Source: an uncultured Bacilli bacterium
GTDB lineage: Bacteria; Bacillota_I; Bacilli_A; RF39; UBA660
NCBI GenBank assembly: GCA_947625575.1
Contig: CANQOV010000002.1
Coordinates: forward strand, 1,457 to 65,456
Reading direction: 5' to 3'
Length of the DNA: 64,000 nt
Part shown: in pieces, positions 50,031 to 59,901 of the stretch
How positions within the stretch are numbered: position 1 is the stretch's first letter
How the letters are laid out: every line of letters begins with the position of its first letter
The notes under the pieces: generated by a model
The model's input: the letters and a program-made list of their open reading frames with translations, nothing else
What the model was told of the DNA's origin: nothing
Databases searched by the model: none
Made by a program: the position numbers and the translations under genes

Positions 50031-50489
50031 ATGAAGTTAAGAGGATTTGAAATAGTAAAAGGGTATGAGGATAAAGATATTCATATGCCTGTTAGGAAGA
50101 CTAAGAATGCAGCAGGATATGATGTTGAAGCAGCAGAAGATGTAGTTATTCCTATGTATGAAAAAGGAATTAAACCAACGCTTATTCCTACTGGACTTAA
50201 AGCTTATTGTCAAGATGATGAGTATTTTATGTTAGTTAATAGAAGCAGTGGACCAAAAAAAGGTTTTGTTATGAGTAATAGTATTGGGATTGTTGATGCT
50301 GATTATTATGGTAATGAAAGTAATGACGGTCATTTCTATTTTCAATATTTTAATTTTTCTGATCATGATTTGGAAGTTAAAAAAGGTGATGTGATTGGAC
50401 AAGTTATTTTTCAAAAGTACTTGGTAGTTGATGATGATATGGCAAATGGAGTTAGAACTGGAGGATTCGGATCAACTGATAAGAAGTGA
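50031..50489 (+). CDS. dut: dUTP diphosphatase
   Basis: dUTPase motifs (AAGYDV, NRSSG, GIVDADYYG, RTGGFGSTD). Confidence 0.8.
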   Translation: MKLRGFEIVKGYEDKDIHMPVRKTKNAAGYDVEAAEDVVIPMYEKGIKPTLIPTGLKAYCQDDEYFMLVNRSSGPKKGFVMSNSIGIVDADYYGNESNDGHFYFQYFNFSDHDLEVKKGDVIGQVIFQKYLVVDDDMANGVRTGGFGSTDKK

Positions 50490-50491
50490 TT

Positions 50492-50518
50492 GATGCTACT
50501 AGCATCTTTTTTTTGTTT
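50492..50518 (+). terminator. rho-independent terminator
   Basis: GATGCTA-ct-AGCATC hairpin plus T8. Confidence 0.6.
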
Positions 50519-50539
50519 TTGATATAATTTTTATTATAA

Positions 50540-51487
50540 ATGAAAGGGCTGATAGTTTTGAAAGATAAAAGAGTTGTTTTTATGGGAACACCAGAGTTTG
50601 CTGTGGCAATATTAGATGTTTTGGTTAAGAATACTAATGTTGTATTGGTAGTAACTCAACCTGATAAGATTGGTAATCGAGGAAAAATAAGTTGTTGTGA
50701 AGTTAAAAAATATGCAGTAGATAAGAAGATTGAAGTTTTTCAACCAGTTAGAATAAAAGAAGAGTATCAAGAGATTTTAAAGTATAAACCAGATATTATT
50801 GTTACTTGTGCTTATGGGCAGATTTTGCCTAAGGAACTTATTTTTGCTCCTTTTTATAAAACAATTAATGTTCATGGATCTATTTTGCCTAAGTATAGAG
50901 GTGGGGCTCCAATTCAAAGAGCAATTATTAATGGTGATGATGTAACTGGTATTACAATTATGAAGACGGATACTGGTATGGATAATGGAGATATTTTGTA
51001 TCAAGAAAAGATTGATATTTTAGATAGTGATACGTATGATAGTTTAGCTAGTAAGATGTCTATTTTAGGAGCAAAGTGTCTTATTAAAGTTTTGCCTAGC
51101 ATTTTTGATAGCAGTATAGAAAGTAGAAAACAAGATAGTTCTTTTGTTACATTTGCTAATATTATAAAAAAAGAAGATGAGATTATTGATTTTAATTTGA
51201 CTGCTAAAGAAGTTGTCAATAAGATTAGAGGATTATCTTCAAACCCGGGAGCTTATGCAATGCTTGATAATGAAAGAGTTAAAATTTATTTCGCTAGAAT
51301 TGGCGATGTTACTTCGAATAGATGTGGAGAAATTATTAGGGTAGGCAAGGAGGGTATTGTGGTTGCAGCTTGTGATAGAGAAGTTATTATTACTGATATT
51401 GGTATGCCTAATAAAAAGAGGATGAGTGTTTTGGATATGTTAAATGGATATAAGAAAGATTTAGTTGGGAAAGTATTTAATTTATAA
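50540..51487 (+). CDS. fmt: methionyl-tRNA formyltransferase (start uncertain: ATG 50540, TTG 50558 or ATG 50582)
   Basis: VVFMGTPEFAV N-terminal motif, a HGSILPKYRGGAPI active-site region, and a C-terminal domain. Confidence 0.8.
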   Translation: MKGLIVLKDKRVVFMGTPEFAVAILDVLVKNTNVVLVVTQPDKIGNRGKISCCEVKKYAVDKKIEVFQPVRIKEEYQEILKYKPDIIVTCAYGQILPKELIFAPFYKTINVHGSILPKYRGGAPIQRAIINGDDVTGITIMKTDTGMDNGDILYQEKIDILDSDTYDSLASKMSILGAKCLIKVLPSIFDSSIESRKQDSSFVTFANIIKKEDEIIDFNLTAKEVVNKIRGLSSNPGAYAMLDNERVKIYFARIGDVTSNRCGEIIRVGKEGIVVAACDREVIITDIGMPNKKRMSVLDMLNGYKKDLVGKVFNL

Positions 51488-51489
51488 TA

Positions 51490-51523
51490 AAAAAACCATA
51501 ATTTGTTTGGAATTATGGTTTTA
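51490..51523. terminator. bidirectional terminator between fmt and def
   Basis: ACCATAATT-N7-AATTATGGT hairpin flanked by A7 and T4. Confidence 0.55.
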
Positions 51524-52081
51524 TATTGCACGATATTTATTGGCATCTTTATAGGGATTTTTAGGATCTATGTGGTCATAGAAAAGTATACCATTTAAGT
51601 GGTCTATTTCATGTTGAAAAGCTACTGCTAATTCTTCACGACCTCTTACTTTTATTTTGTTTCCGTTAGTGTCATAGCCTTCGATTGTTACTCTTGCATA
51701 TCTTGGGACAATTCCTTTGCACTCTCTATTGACACTTAGACAACCTTCTCCTTCTTCAACATAGATCATTTCTTCAGAATTACTTACTATTTTTGGATTT
51801 ATAATAACATATGTTTTAAATGTTTCTTTTATTTCTTGTTCATGAACGATAACAAAGTAACGCTTATTTATACCTAGTTGGATTGCAGATAAACCCATAC
51901 CGGGTCTTAAGTTATATTTTTTGGCTAAAGTTTCGATTTGGCTATTTGTTAGGTATTCAATCATTTTATTTATAGTAGTTTTGTCTTCTTTAGATAAAGG
52001 AAATTCTACTTCTTTGGATATTAAGCGTAGTCTTTTATCTTTTTCATCTAAGATATCTTTATTTAATAACATTTTTACCAC
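51521..52081 (-). CDS. def: peptide deformylase
   Basis: Motifs GMGLSAIQLG, EGCLSV and HEIDHLNG. Confidence 0.9.
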   Translation of the reverse strand: MVKMLLNKDILDEKDKRLRLISKEVEFPLSKEDKTTINKMIEYLTNSQIETLAKKYNLRPGMGLSAIQLGINKRYFVIVHEQEIKETFKTYVIINPKIVSNSEEMIYVEEGEGCLSVNRECKGIVPRYARVTIEGYDTNGNKIKVRGREELAVAFQHEIDHLNGILFYDHIDPKNPYKDANKYRAI

Positions 52082-52146
52082 CTCGATAAATCAGTAGTAT
52101 TATAACATATTTTTGAAAAAAAAGGAATAGCTTTTGCTATCCCTTG

Positions 52147-52311
52147 TTAATTATTCCAGTTTCTTGCACCTAGAATAATAATTAATAAGATAAATAATAC
52201 TAATATGATTGCATAACCACTGCCGTAGCCACCTGGGTAGTAAGTTCCAGTTGGAGCACCACAGCCACAGCCTGCATTACCATATCCATATGAATTTCCA
52301 TAGTAGTACAT
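52147..52311 (-). CDS. YjcZ-like tiny transmembrane sporulation-family protein (54 aa; not in the supplied ORF track)
   Basis: Minus-strand ORF MYYYGNSYGYGNAGCGCGAPTGTYYPGGYGSGYAIILVLFILLIIILGARNWNN. AAAGGAGGA SD 5 nt upstream. The G/Y-rich N-terminus plus AIILVLFILLIII match the tiny_TM_bacill (YjcZ) pattern. Confidence 0.6.
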   Translation of the reverse strand: MYYYGNSYGYGNAGCGCGAPTGTYYPGGYGSGYAIILVLFILLIIILGARNWNN

Positions 52312-52442
52312 ATGACATCCTCCTTTATCTATTAATAGTTTATTAATTATAAAAGGTTTTTGACATTATAAAAAACTATATTTTTTTAAAATGTTGGTAT
52401 TTGATTTGTTTTGTGTTATTATTATATTAAGGATGATAGAAA

Positions 52443-53570
52443 ATGTTTAAGATTTTAAGAAACGTTAATAAAAAATTATTATTTTTATCAATATTTTTGT
52501 TTGTCTGTGGATTAGTGATGATTTATTCAGCTTCTAATGTTACTTCTTTTATGTTATATGATGCGTCTCCTTCTAAATATTTTCTAAGACAAGCGTTCTT
52601 TTTTGGTGTGGGGTTAGTTGCTTGTTGTTTTTTATTGTTGTTTCCTGTTAAAAAATATAGATTTTGGAGTAATGTTTTATTAGTTTTAGATAGTGTTTTT
52701 ATTTTAGCTTTGGTTTTTTATGGGACAGTTATTAATGGTACAACTGGGTGGTTAGGATATGGAGGATATGGAGTTCAGCCATCGGAATTTATAAAAGTTA
52801 TTGCTATTGTGTTTTTAGCTATGTATTATGAGAAGTATGCAGCTTTTTCTAGTGATTATGTAAAGATGTTACTTCCTGTTGGGATACTTTGTCTTGTTGG
52901 AATTTTTATTGTTTTACAAGGAGATTTAGGAACAGCAGTTATATTTTTTGCTTTAATTTTTATTATGTTTTTTATGTCTTGTGCTTCTAGAAAGATTAAG
53001 TGGAGAACTTTTTTATGTGGAGTTGGGGTCTTAGTTTTAGGAGTTTTATTGATAGTTGTTTTTAAAGATAAAATTTTACCTATGTCAAAGTTAGAAAGAT
53101 TTAATTATTTTCATCCTTGTCAAGATTATTTAGGAAATGGTTTACAGCTTTGTAATGGTTATATTGCTATGAATGGTGGTGGTATTACTGGTAAGGGGTT
53201 TGGTAATAGTACTCAGAAGTATTTGTATTTACCAGAAGCGTATACTGATTTTATTTTTCCTATTATTATCGAAGAGTTAGGTATTGTTGGAGGAATTTGT
53301 TTACTTATTTTATATTTTATTTTGTTAGCTATGATATTGCTTGTTGGAAATAAGAGTAAAAAGACTTCTTATAAGATGATTTGTTATGGGGTTTGTGTTT
53401 ATTTATTTTTACATATTTTTGTTAATTTAGGAGGGGTTTTAGGAATTATACCTATGACTGGTGTTCCTCTTCCTTTTATGAGTTATGGAGGAAGTTTTTG
53501 CTTATCTTTAATGGGAGCAATTACTTTAGTACTTAGAGTTAGTTATGAACAAAAAGTTTATAAGAATTAA
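52443..53570 (+). CDS. FtsW/RodA/SpoVE (SEDS) family peptidoglycan polymerase
   Basis: A ~10-TM protein with conserved SEDS motifs (DLGTAV, TDFIFPII, PLPFMSYGGS). Confidence 0.8.
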   Translation: MFKILRNVNKKLLFLSIFLFVCGLVMIYSASNVTSFMLYDASPSKYFLRQAFFFGVGLVACCFLLLFPVKKYRFWSNVLLVLDSVFILALVFYGTVINGTTGWLGYGGYGVQPSEFIKVIAIVFLAMYYEKYAAFSSDYVKMLLPVGILCLVGIFIVLQGDLGTAVIFFALIFIMFFMSCASRKIKWRTFLCGVGVLVLGVLLIVVFKDKILPMSKLERFNYFHPCQDYLGNGLQLCNGYIAMNGGGITGKGFGNSTQKYLYLPEAYTDFIFPIIIEELGIVGGICLLILYFILLAMILLVGNKSKKTSYKMICYGVCVYLFLHIFVNLGGVLGIIPMTGVPLPFMSYGGSFCLSLMGAITLVLRVSYEQKVYKN

Positions 53571-53623
53571 CTTAGAAAAAATATTTTTGGAAATAATCTT
53601 TATGAAAGGAGATTATTTTTTTT

Positions 53624-54313
53624 ATGAAATTTTTTGGGTTTATAAAAAGATATATAAAATTTTTATTCCTTATTTTATTGCTTGGTGGTTTGTTTTATTG
53701 TTTATTTGTTGGATATGAAAAAGAGGATATGGAGGATATTGGAAAGATTAAATTAAATGATGAAGTTACTAATGAAGAAAAAGTGGAAGAAAATGTTTTG
53801 AAAGAAGAAATTAAGTATGTTTATGTCGATATTAAAGGCAGTGTGGTAAAGCCGGGGATATACAAGATGAAGGAGGGTGATAGAGTAATTGATGTTATTG
53901 AAGCATCAGGTGGACTTAAAGATGAAGCCGATACTAGTGTTAATAATTTATCTTTAAAGGTTTTTGATGAAATGGTTATTGTTATTTATACGAAAGATGA
54001 AGTTAAGGATTTTGTTAAGACTTTGGAAAGGGAAGATCAAGAACAGATTAGTTGTTTAGATTATAATGGACTTGTTAATGATTCTTGTGTTAATAGTGAT
54101 GTTAATATACAAGATGATGTTTTTCCAATTTCTATTAATAGTGCTAGTTATGAACAGTTGATGAAAGTTCCTTTTATTGGTGAAGCAAAGGCTAAGTTAA
54201 TTATAGAGTATCGAGAAAAAAATAATGGTTTTACTAATATTGAACAGTTAAAGGAAATACAAGGGATAAAAGATGCTACTTATGAAAAGATTAAAGACTA
54301 TTTTAAATTGTAA
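53624..54313 (+). CDS. comEA: competence protein ComEA (SLBB + HhH DNA-binding domains)
   Basis: N-terminal TM, SLBB (YVDIKGSVVKPGIYKMKEGDRVIDVIEASGG), and a C-terminal HhH2 (INSASYEQLMKVPFIGEAKAKLIIEYRE). Confidence 0.85.
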   Translation: MKFFGFIKRYIKFLFLILLLGGLFYCLFVGYEKEDMEDIGKIKLNDEVTNEEKVEENVLKEEIKYVYVDIKGSVVKPGIYKMKEGDRVIDVIEASGGLKDEADTSVNNLSLKVFDEMVIVIYTKDEVKDFVKTLEREDQEQISCLDYNGLVNDSCVNSDVNIQDDVFPISINSASYEQLMKVPFIGEAKAKLIIEYREKNNGFTNIEQLKEIQGIKDATYEKIKDYFKL

Positions 54314-56282
54314 GTTATTTTATTTTGTTATTTTAGCTATTAGTTTTTTAGTAGCAATTATTAGTAATTTGAAGCTTAGAAGTGATGTTAACTTATCTAG
54401 TAATTTTAGGGTTTTAGATGTTTTGGAAGATAGGATAATTTTAAAAAATGAAGATATTAGAATTATAGGTTATTGTGATATTTGTAGTGATGTTCAAATA
54501 GGAGATGTTGTACAAATTTATGGTTTTATTAAAGAAACATATTCTAATATTTTACCTAATAATTTTGATTATGGTCTTTATTTAAAAAGAAATAAGATGT
54601 ATCTTGTAAATATTAATAATATAAAAATTGTGGAAAGAAAGTTTAGTATTTATAAGATTAAAGGGTGGATTTTAAATAAAAATAAATCTTTTAAGAGTTA
54701 TCCTTATTTAAGATATATTTTGTTTGGTGATAATAGTTATATGGATAAAGATATTTTGTCTTTATACCAGAAAGCTAATATCTTACATTTGTTTGCTATA
54801 TCGGGTTTGCATTTAAATTTTTTTTTAGTTTTTTTAAAGAAAGTTTTGAATAAAATAAAATATAGGGAAAGTATAATATTTATAATTTTATTATTTTATT
54901 TGTTTCTTTTAGATTTTTCTTGTTCTTTTGCTAGAGCTTTGATGTTTTATATTTTTTGTCTTTTATATAAAAAATTAAATATAAATATTAATAAATGTTA
55001 TATTTTGTTGTTATTATTTAGTTTATTTTTAATATTTAGACCGTCTTTAATTTGGAATATTGGGTTTTATCTTAGTTATAGTATTTCGTTTTTTTTGATT
55101 TTGTTTAGTAAATATATTAAGGGTAGTTATTTTAGAAAAGTTTTGTTTCTTAATTTAGTGGTTTTAGTTAGCAGTTTTCCTTTTCTTGTCTATAATTTTT
55201 ATGAAATTAATTTAAGTAGTGTAGTTTTTAATATGTTTGTTATTCCTTTTTTTTCATATGTTATTTTTCCTTGGTGTTTTCTTTGTTATTTTTTTGGTTT
55301 TTTTGATAATATTTTTCTTTTTTTTGTAAAGATATTTAATGTTTTGATAAAGTTTTTTGTCAATTGTTTGTCTATTAATGTTATTGTTGGTAAACCTAGT
55401 TATGGTTTGATAATATTGTATTTTTTGGCTATATTTGTTGCTTTTTATTGGGGCTTTAGAAATATTAAGACATTAGTTACTATTTTTAGTTTGTTTTTAT
55501 TATTGTTTTGTTTTAGTGTAAAGTTAAAAGATAATTTTTATATTATGGTAAATGTTGGACATGGAGATATGTCTATTTTACATGTAGATAAAGATGTCAA
55601 CGTTATTGATACTGGTGGTAATGTTAATAGTAATAGTTTTTATTATGGGAAAAGTCTTATTAATTATTTAAAGTCTTATGGGATTAGTAAGATTGATAGA
55701 TTATTTTTAACTCATGGAGATAGTGATCATGTGTATGATTCTATTTATTTGATTAATAATTTTAAGATTGGTCATATTTATATGAATAGTAATAGTTATA
55801 CTGATTTAGAAAGATATATTATAAAGTTAGCTAATTTTAAAAATATTAAGGTTAGTTTTCTAAATAAAGATGATGTTATTTTTGATGATAATTATTATTT
55901 TTTGATGTTAAATGATGTTTATGATAATGAAAATGATTCTAGTTTGGTTTTATATTTTAAGTATTCTAAGTATGATATATTGTTTTTAGGAGATGTTTCT
56001 TCTTTGGTGGAAGAGAAATTAATTTTGGAATATAATTTTCTAGATGTGGATATATTAAAAGTAGCACATCATGGATCAAAGAGCAGTAGTTCAAAATTAT
56101 TTTTAGAGAAATTTAGTAATAATACTTTGGCTTTTATTTCTTGTGGTAATTATAGTAAATATCATCATCCGAATATTGAAGTTATTGAAAGATTTAAACA
56201 GTTGGGTATTAGTTATTTTGTTACTAATAAATTGGGGACAATTAAATTTTCTTTTGATAATGGAACTATTTATGCTTTTTAA
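54273..56282 (+). CDS. comEC: DNA internalization competence protein ComEC/Rec2
   Basis: Polytopic competence domain plus a C-terminal metallo-beta-lactamase domain (HGDMSILHVD ... HGDSDH ... AHHGS). Confidence 0.8.
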   Translation: MLLMKRLKTILNCKLFYFVILAISFLVAIISNLKLRSDVNLSSNFRVLDVLEDRIILKNEDIRIIGYCDICSDVQIGDVVQIYGFIKETYSNILPNNFDYGLYLKRNKMYLVNINNIKIVERKFSIYKIKGWILNKNKSFKSYPYLRYILFGDNSYMDKDILSLYQKANILHLFAISGLHLNFFLVFLKKVLNKIKYRESIIFIILLFYLFLLDFSCSFARALMFYIFCLLYKKLNININKCYILLLLFSLFLIFRPSLIWNIGFYLSYSISFFLILFSKYIKGSYFRKVLFLNLVVLVSSFPFLVYNFYEINLSSVVFNMFVIPFFSYVIFPWCFLCYFFGFFDNIFLFFVKIFNVLIKFFVNCLSINVIVGKPSYGLIILYFLAIFVAFYWGFRNIKTLVTIFSLFLLLFCFSVKLKDNFYIMVNVGHGDMSILHVDKDVNVIDTGGNVNSNSFYYGKSLINYLKSYGISKIDRLFLTHGDSDHVYDSIYLINNFKIGHIYMNSNSYTDLERYIIKLANFKNIKVSFLNKDDVIFDDNYYFLMLNDVYDNENDSSLVLYFKYSKYDILFLGDVSSLVEEKLILEYNFLDVDILKVAHHGSKSSSSKLFLEKFSNNTLAFISCGNYSKYHHPNIEVIERFKQLGISYFVTNKLGTIKFSFDNGTIYAF

Positions 56283-56454
56283 CATAATATATTTTAGAAC
56301 GCAAGGCATTTTGCGTTTATATAGATATGGAAGTTATTTCCTTGTTAAAAGCTCTTTGGGAGCTTTTTTTGTACATTGGACATCTTTTTTGATTATTTTT
56401 AAAATTTGGTTGAAAATTGTTTTTGGTTTTGTTAAGATTAATTTGGTGATATTA

Positions 56455-56907
56455 ATGGAATATAAAGTTACGACTTATGATGAAGAGGAAACTATTCAGT
56501 TAGCAGAGAACATTGAATCTGAAAAGTTTAGTAATATGGTTATTTGTTTAGATGGTGATTTAGGTAGTGGTAAGACAGTGTTTGCTAAAGGTTTTGCTTC
56601 TGCTTTAGGAATAAATGAAGTTATTACTTCACCAACGTTTACAGTGGTTAAAGAATATTTTGGTGGAGAGATGCCTTTATTTCATATGGATGTTTATAGG
56701 TTAGATGAAGCCAATGTAGATATTAATTTCGATGAATATTTTTTGCGTGGTGGTGTCTGCATAGTTGAGTGGTCTAGTATGATTCAGGATAAATTACCTA
56801 GTGAAAGATTGGAAATAGAGTTTAGGATTACTTCTGAAGATACGAGGGTATTGGTGGTAAGACCATACGGAAAGAAATATGAAGATTTATGTGAGGCTGT
56901 CTTATGA
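56455..56907 (+). CDS. tsaE: tRNA t6A biosynthesis ATPase TsaE
   Basis: P-loop GDLGSGKT, SPTF motif and an HMDVYR region. The track ORF start at 56143 is a spurious upstream extension. Confidence 0.8.
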   Translation: MEYKVTTYDEEETIQLAENIESEKFSNMVICLDGDLGSGKTVFAKGFASALGINEVITSPTFTVVKEYFGGEMPLFHMDVYRLDEANVDINFDEYFLRGGVCIVEWSSMIQDKLPSERLEIEFRITSEDTRVLVVRPYGKKYEDLCEAVL

Positions 56908-57518
56908 TAGGTCTTTTTTTGAATACAGCTTTTAATTATTTTCAGGCTTTTATATTTAAAGATATAGATATTCTTGATGAGGTTTTTGTAGAAGTTAATC
57001 ATGAGATGTCTTCTTCTTGTTTAAAGATTATTAGTGATATGCTTTCTAGATGTAATTTAACAATTTTGGATGTTGATAAAATTTATTGTGTTAGAGGGCC
57101 GGGGTCATTTACAGGACTTAGAATTGGTGCTACTATAGCTAAGGTGTGCAGTTGGGGATTAGAAAAAGAACTTTATTCTTTATCTAGTTTACAGTGTATG
57201 GCTTGTAGTGATGTTGCAACTAATTATGTTATTCCAATTGTTAATGCTAGAAGAGGTTATGTTTTTGCAGGAATATATGATAGTAATCGAAATGTTTATA
57301 TGACTGATCGCTATATGGAACTTCAGGAGTTAAAAGATATCGTTTCAAAGTTAAATGGAAGTTATTCTTATGTTAGTCTTGATGAGTTTGATTTTGAAGT
57401 TATGAAGTTTGTTCCTAATAATAAGAATATTTTAAGATATTGTTCTTTTAGAAAAGAAAGTCCTTATGATTTTGTTCCTGATTATTTAAAAGAAGAGTAT
57501 GTAGGTAATAATGGTTAG
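56904..57518 (+). CDS. tsaB: tRNA t6A biosynthesis protein TsaB
   Basis: YeaZ-type fold (CVRGPGSFTGLRIGATIAK). Confidence 0.75.
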   Translation: MIGLFLNTAFNYFQAFIFKDIDILDEVFVEVNHEMSSSCLKIISDMLSRCNLTILDVDKIYCVRGPGSFTGLRIGATIAKVCSWGLEKELYSLSSLQCMACSDVATNYVIPIVNARRGYVFAGIYDSNRNVYMTDRYMELQELKDIVSKLNGSYSYVSLDEFDFEVMKFVPNNKNILRYCSFRKESPYDFVPDYLKEEYVGNNG

Positions 57519-57888
57519 AGAAGTAGAAAAAGATGTTTTAGAAAATTTTGATATTAATGAATCTAGTAGTCCTTTTAGAAAATATATTGCTTATTATATG
57601 GATAATTTGATTGTAGGTTATCTTAGTTTTGATGTTATTTATGATAGAGTTGAGATTGTTAATTTATTTTGTTTAGAAAATTATAGAAGAGGGGGTGTCG
57701 GGTTTGGTTTATTAACATATCTTGTTAATTATGCCAAGAAAAATAGTTGTTATAATATAACATTGGAAGTTAATAGTTTAAATATTGGAGCAATTAATTT
57801 GTATGAAAAAATAGGTTTTGTTAAAAAAGCAGTAAGAAAGGGGTATTATAAGGGTACTAATGGTATACTTATGGAGTTTAGGTTATGA
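57511..57888 (+). CDS. rimI: ribosomal-protein-alanine N-acetyltransferase (GNAT)
   Basis: GNAT motif A (RRGGVGFGLLTYLVNYAK) and conserved TsaB-RimI-TsaD synteny. Confidence 0.7.
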   Translation: MVREVEKDVLENFDINESSSPFRKYIAYYMDNLIVGYLSFDVIYDRVEIVNLFCLENYRRGGVGFGLLTYLVNYAKKNSCYNITLEVNSLNIGAINLYEKIGFVKKAVRKGYYKGTNGILMEFRL

Positions 57889-58892
57889 AAAAAGATGTTT
57901 ATATTTTAGGAATTGAGAGCAGTTGCGATGAGACAAGTTGTTCAATTGTTAGAAATGGTACAGATGATATTAGTACAGTTATTTTAAGTCAGATTGATAT
58001 TCATACTTTGTATGGGGGAGTTGTTCCTGAGATTGCTAGTAGAAATCATATTAAAGATATTACGGTTGTGATTGAACAATGTCTTAAAAAAGCTAATATT
58101 AATATGGATATGATTGACGCAGTTAGTGTTACTTATGGACCAGGTTTAATTGGATCTTTGTTAGTGGGACTTGAAGCTTGTAAGAGTATGGCTTTTATTT
58201 TTAATAAACCTTTAATTGCAGTTCATCATATCGCAGGACATATTTATGCAAATCAAATTGGGAATAAAATGCAATTCCCATTGATGTGCTTGGTTGTAAG
58301 TGGAGGACATACTGATTTGGTTTACATGAAAGATCATGGTAGTTATGAAGTTGTTGGCAGTACTTTAGATGATGCGGTTGGAGAGTGTTATGATAAAGTT
58401 GCTAGGGTAATGGGAATAGGTTATCCCGGTGGTCCTATTGTTGATAAGCTTGCAAAAGAAGGTGCTTTAACTTATGAGCTTCCTATACCTAAAAATGATG
58501 ATAGTTTAGATTTTAGTTTCAGTGGGTTAAAGAGTGCCGTTATTAATTTAGTTCACAATGAAAAACAAAGAGCTCATGAGATAAGACGAGAAGATTTATG
58601 TGCTAGTTTTCAAAATGTGGTGGTTTATAGTTTGGCTTCTAAAACAATTAAGGCAATGGAAAAGTATAATGTTAAGAATTTAATATTGGCTGGAGGAGTT
58701 GCTGCAAATTCTGGACTTAGAGAAAAATTAACAGATTTATGCAAGCAACATGGTTTTAATTTTTCTTATCCTGACATAAAATATTGTACAGATAATGCGA
58801 CAATGATTGCAGCGTGTGCTTATCAATTGTTTTTGAAAAAACAGTTTTCATCTTTGACATTGGAAGCAGTTTCTAGTGAAAAACTTAAGTAA
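57885..58892 (+). CDS. tsaD: tRNA N6-adenosine threonylcarbamoyltransferase TsaD
   Basis: Kae1/TsaD motifs (GIESSCDET, HIAGHI, SGGHT, GGVAAN). Confidence 0.9.
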   Translation: MKKDVYILGIESSCDETSCSIVRNGTDDISTVILSQIDIHTLYGGVVPEIASRNHIKDITVVIEQCLKKANINMDMIDAVSVTYGPGLIGSLLVGLEACKSMAFIFNKPLIAVHHIAGHIYANQIGNKMQFPLMCLVVSGGHTDLVYMKDHGSYEVVGSTLDDAVGECYDKVARVMGIGYPGGPIVDKLAKEGALTYELPIPKNDDSLDFSFSGLKSAVINLVHNEKQRAHEIRREDLCASFQNVVVYSLASKTIKAMEKYNVKNLILAGGVAANSGLREKLTDLCKQHGFNFSYPDIKYCTDNATMIAACAYQLFLKKQFSSLTLEAVSSEKLK

Positions 58893-58970
58893 TTTGGAAA
58901 AAGATGTGAAAAAATACTTGCAAATTTTTCATTTATAGTGTAGTATTGATATTGCTTAAGTTTATTTCAT

Positions 58971-59047
<77 letters not shown>

Positions 59048-59051
59048 TTAT

Positions 59052-59128
59052 GCCTCAATAGCTCAGTTGGTTAGAGCATTTGACTGTTAATCAAAGGGTC
59101 ACAGGTTCGAGTCCTGTTTGGGGCGCCA
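59052..59128 (+). tRNA. tRNA-Asn (anticodon GUU)
   Basis: 77-nt cloverleaf with anticodon loop CTGTTAA and encoded CCA. Confidence 0.8.
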
Positions 59129-59136
59129 TTTTTTTT

Positions 59137-59213
59137 GGCCAGTTGGTGAAGTGGCTTAACACACTGCCCTTTCACGGCAGCACTCACGGATTCGAATTCC
59201 GTACTGGTCACCA
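59137..59213 (+). tRNA. tRNA-Glu (anticodon UUC)
   Basis: 77-nt cloverleaf with anticodon stem CTGCC/GGCAG, loop CTTTCAC and encoded CCA. Confidence 0.85.
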
Positions 59214-59315
59214 AAAGAAATTTACCACTTTTTGTGGTTTTTTTGTTTTAATTTTTGTTTTTTTTATTGTAATGATTGTCGGTTTTTGATATAATTTTAA
59301 TTACAGTATGGAGGT

Positions 59316-59624
59316 ATGTTTATGGATTTGGCTATTGTTATTTTACTAATTGCGATAGTAATATTTTTTATGAGAGATGTTAAGTGGGTAGTGTACTTAA
59401 TAGGAATATTAGAATTGTTTTTAAGACTTATGAATTTTTTTGCTAATAATATTGGACTTAGAGATGTTGCTAATTTAATTCATAAGTATATACCTAGTTC
59501 TTTATTTAATGTGTTGGATAAGTATACAAATGGAATAATTTATACTATTTTAGCATGGTGTTTGTTTGTAATATTATTTATTTGGTTTATATATTTAGTT
59601 AGATATTTAATAAGAAGAAAATAA
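59316..59624 (+). CDS. small membrane protein (hypothetical, 102 aa)
   Basis: Three predicted TM helices. GGAGG SD. Confidence 0.45.
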   Translation: MFMDLAIVILLIAIVIFFMRDVKWVVYLIGILELFLRLMNFFANNIGLRDVANLIHKYIPSSLFNVLDKYTNGIIYTILAWCLFVILFIWFIYLVRYLIRRK

Positions 59625-59633
59625 AAAAGAAAA

Positions 59634-59825
59634 TTAAAATTTGATTTTCTTTTTTTTGTAGATAGATAAAATTGTAATAATTGTGATTGTAGATATAGTT
59701 GTGATTACTAGACAAGATTTGTTGTTAGCTTTTATTTGTTCTTCAGTTGTTAGGTTTTCTTTGGCATATATTTTGGTGGGAAGTAATAAGTTTAAGATTA
59801 AGAAAAATAAGAGAAATTTTTTCAT
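59634..59825 (-). CDS. small secreted/membrane-anchored peptide (63 aa)
   Basis: N-terminal signal peptide (MKKFLLFFLILNLLLPTKIYA), a C-terminal hydrophobic segment, and a KKKK tail. Confidence 0.35.
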   Translation of the reverse strand: MKKFLLFFLILNLLLPTKIYAKENLTTEEQIKANNKSCLVITTISTITIITILSIYKKKKIKF

Positions 59826-59901
59826 ATTATCACAATTAATTTTATGTAAATTGTTTATTGATTATACTTTTTTTGGCTAATAATACTTTTGGGAGGAAGT
59901 T

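Noticed and set aside
43696-50518. Shared GATG...CATC-T8 design of three terminators (43696, 44799, 50492) as a dispersed REP-like element
   Set aside because: The 50492 copy has a different stem (GATGCTACTAGCATC) and only the two island copies are identical. That is too few instances to call a repeat family from one window.
56143-56454. N-terminal extension of the tsaE ORF overlapping the comEC 3' end
   Set aside because: TsaE homology starts at MEYKVTTYDEE (56455). The upstream part overlaps comEC in another frame.
59080-59289. ORF 59080-59289(+)
   Set aside because: It overlaps tRNA-Asn and tRNA-Glu. The reading frame is an artefact of the tRNA cluster.
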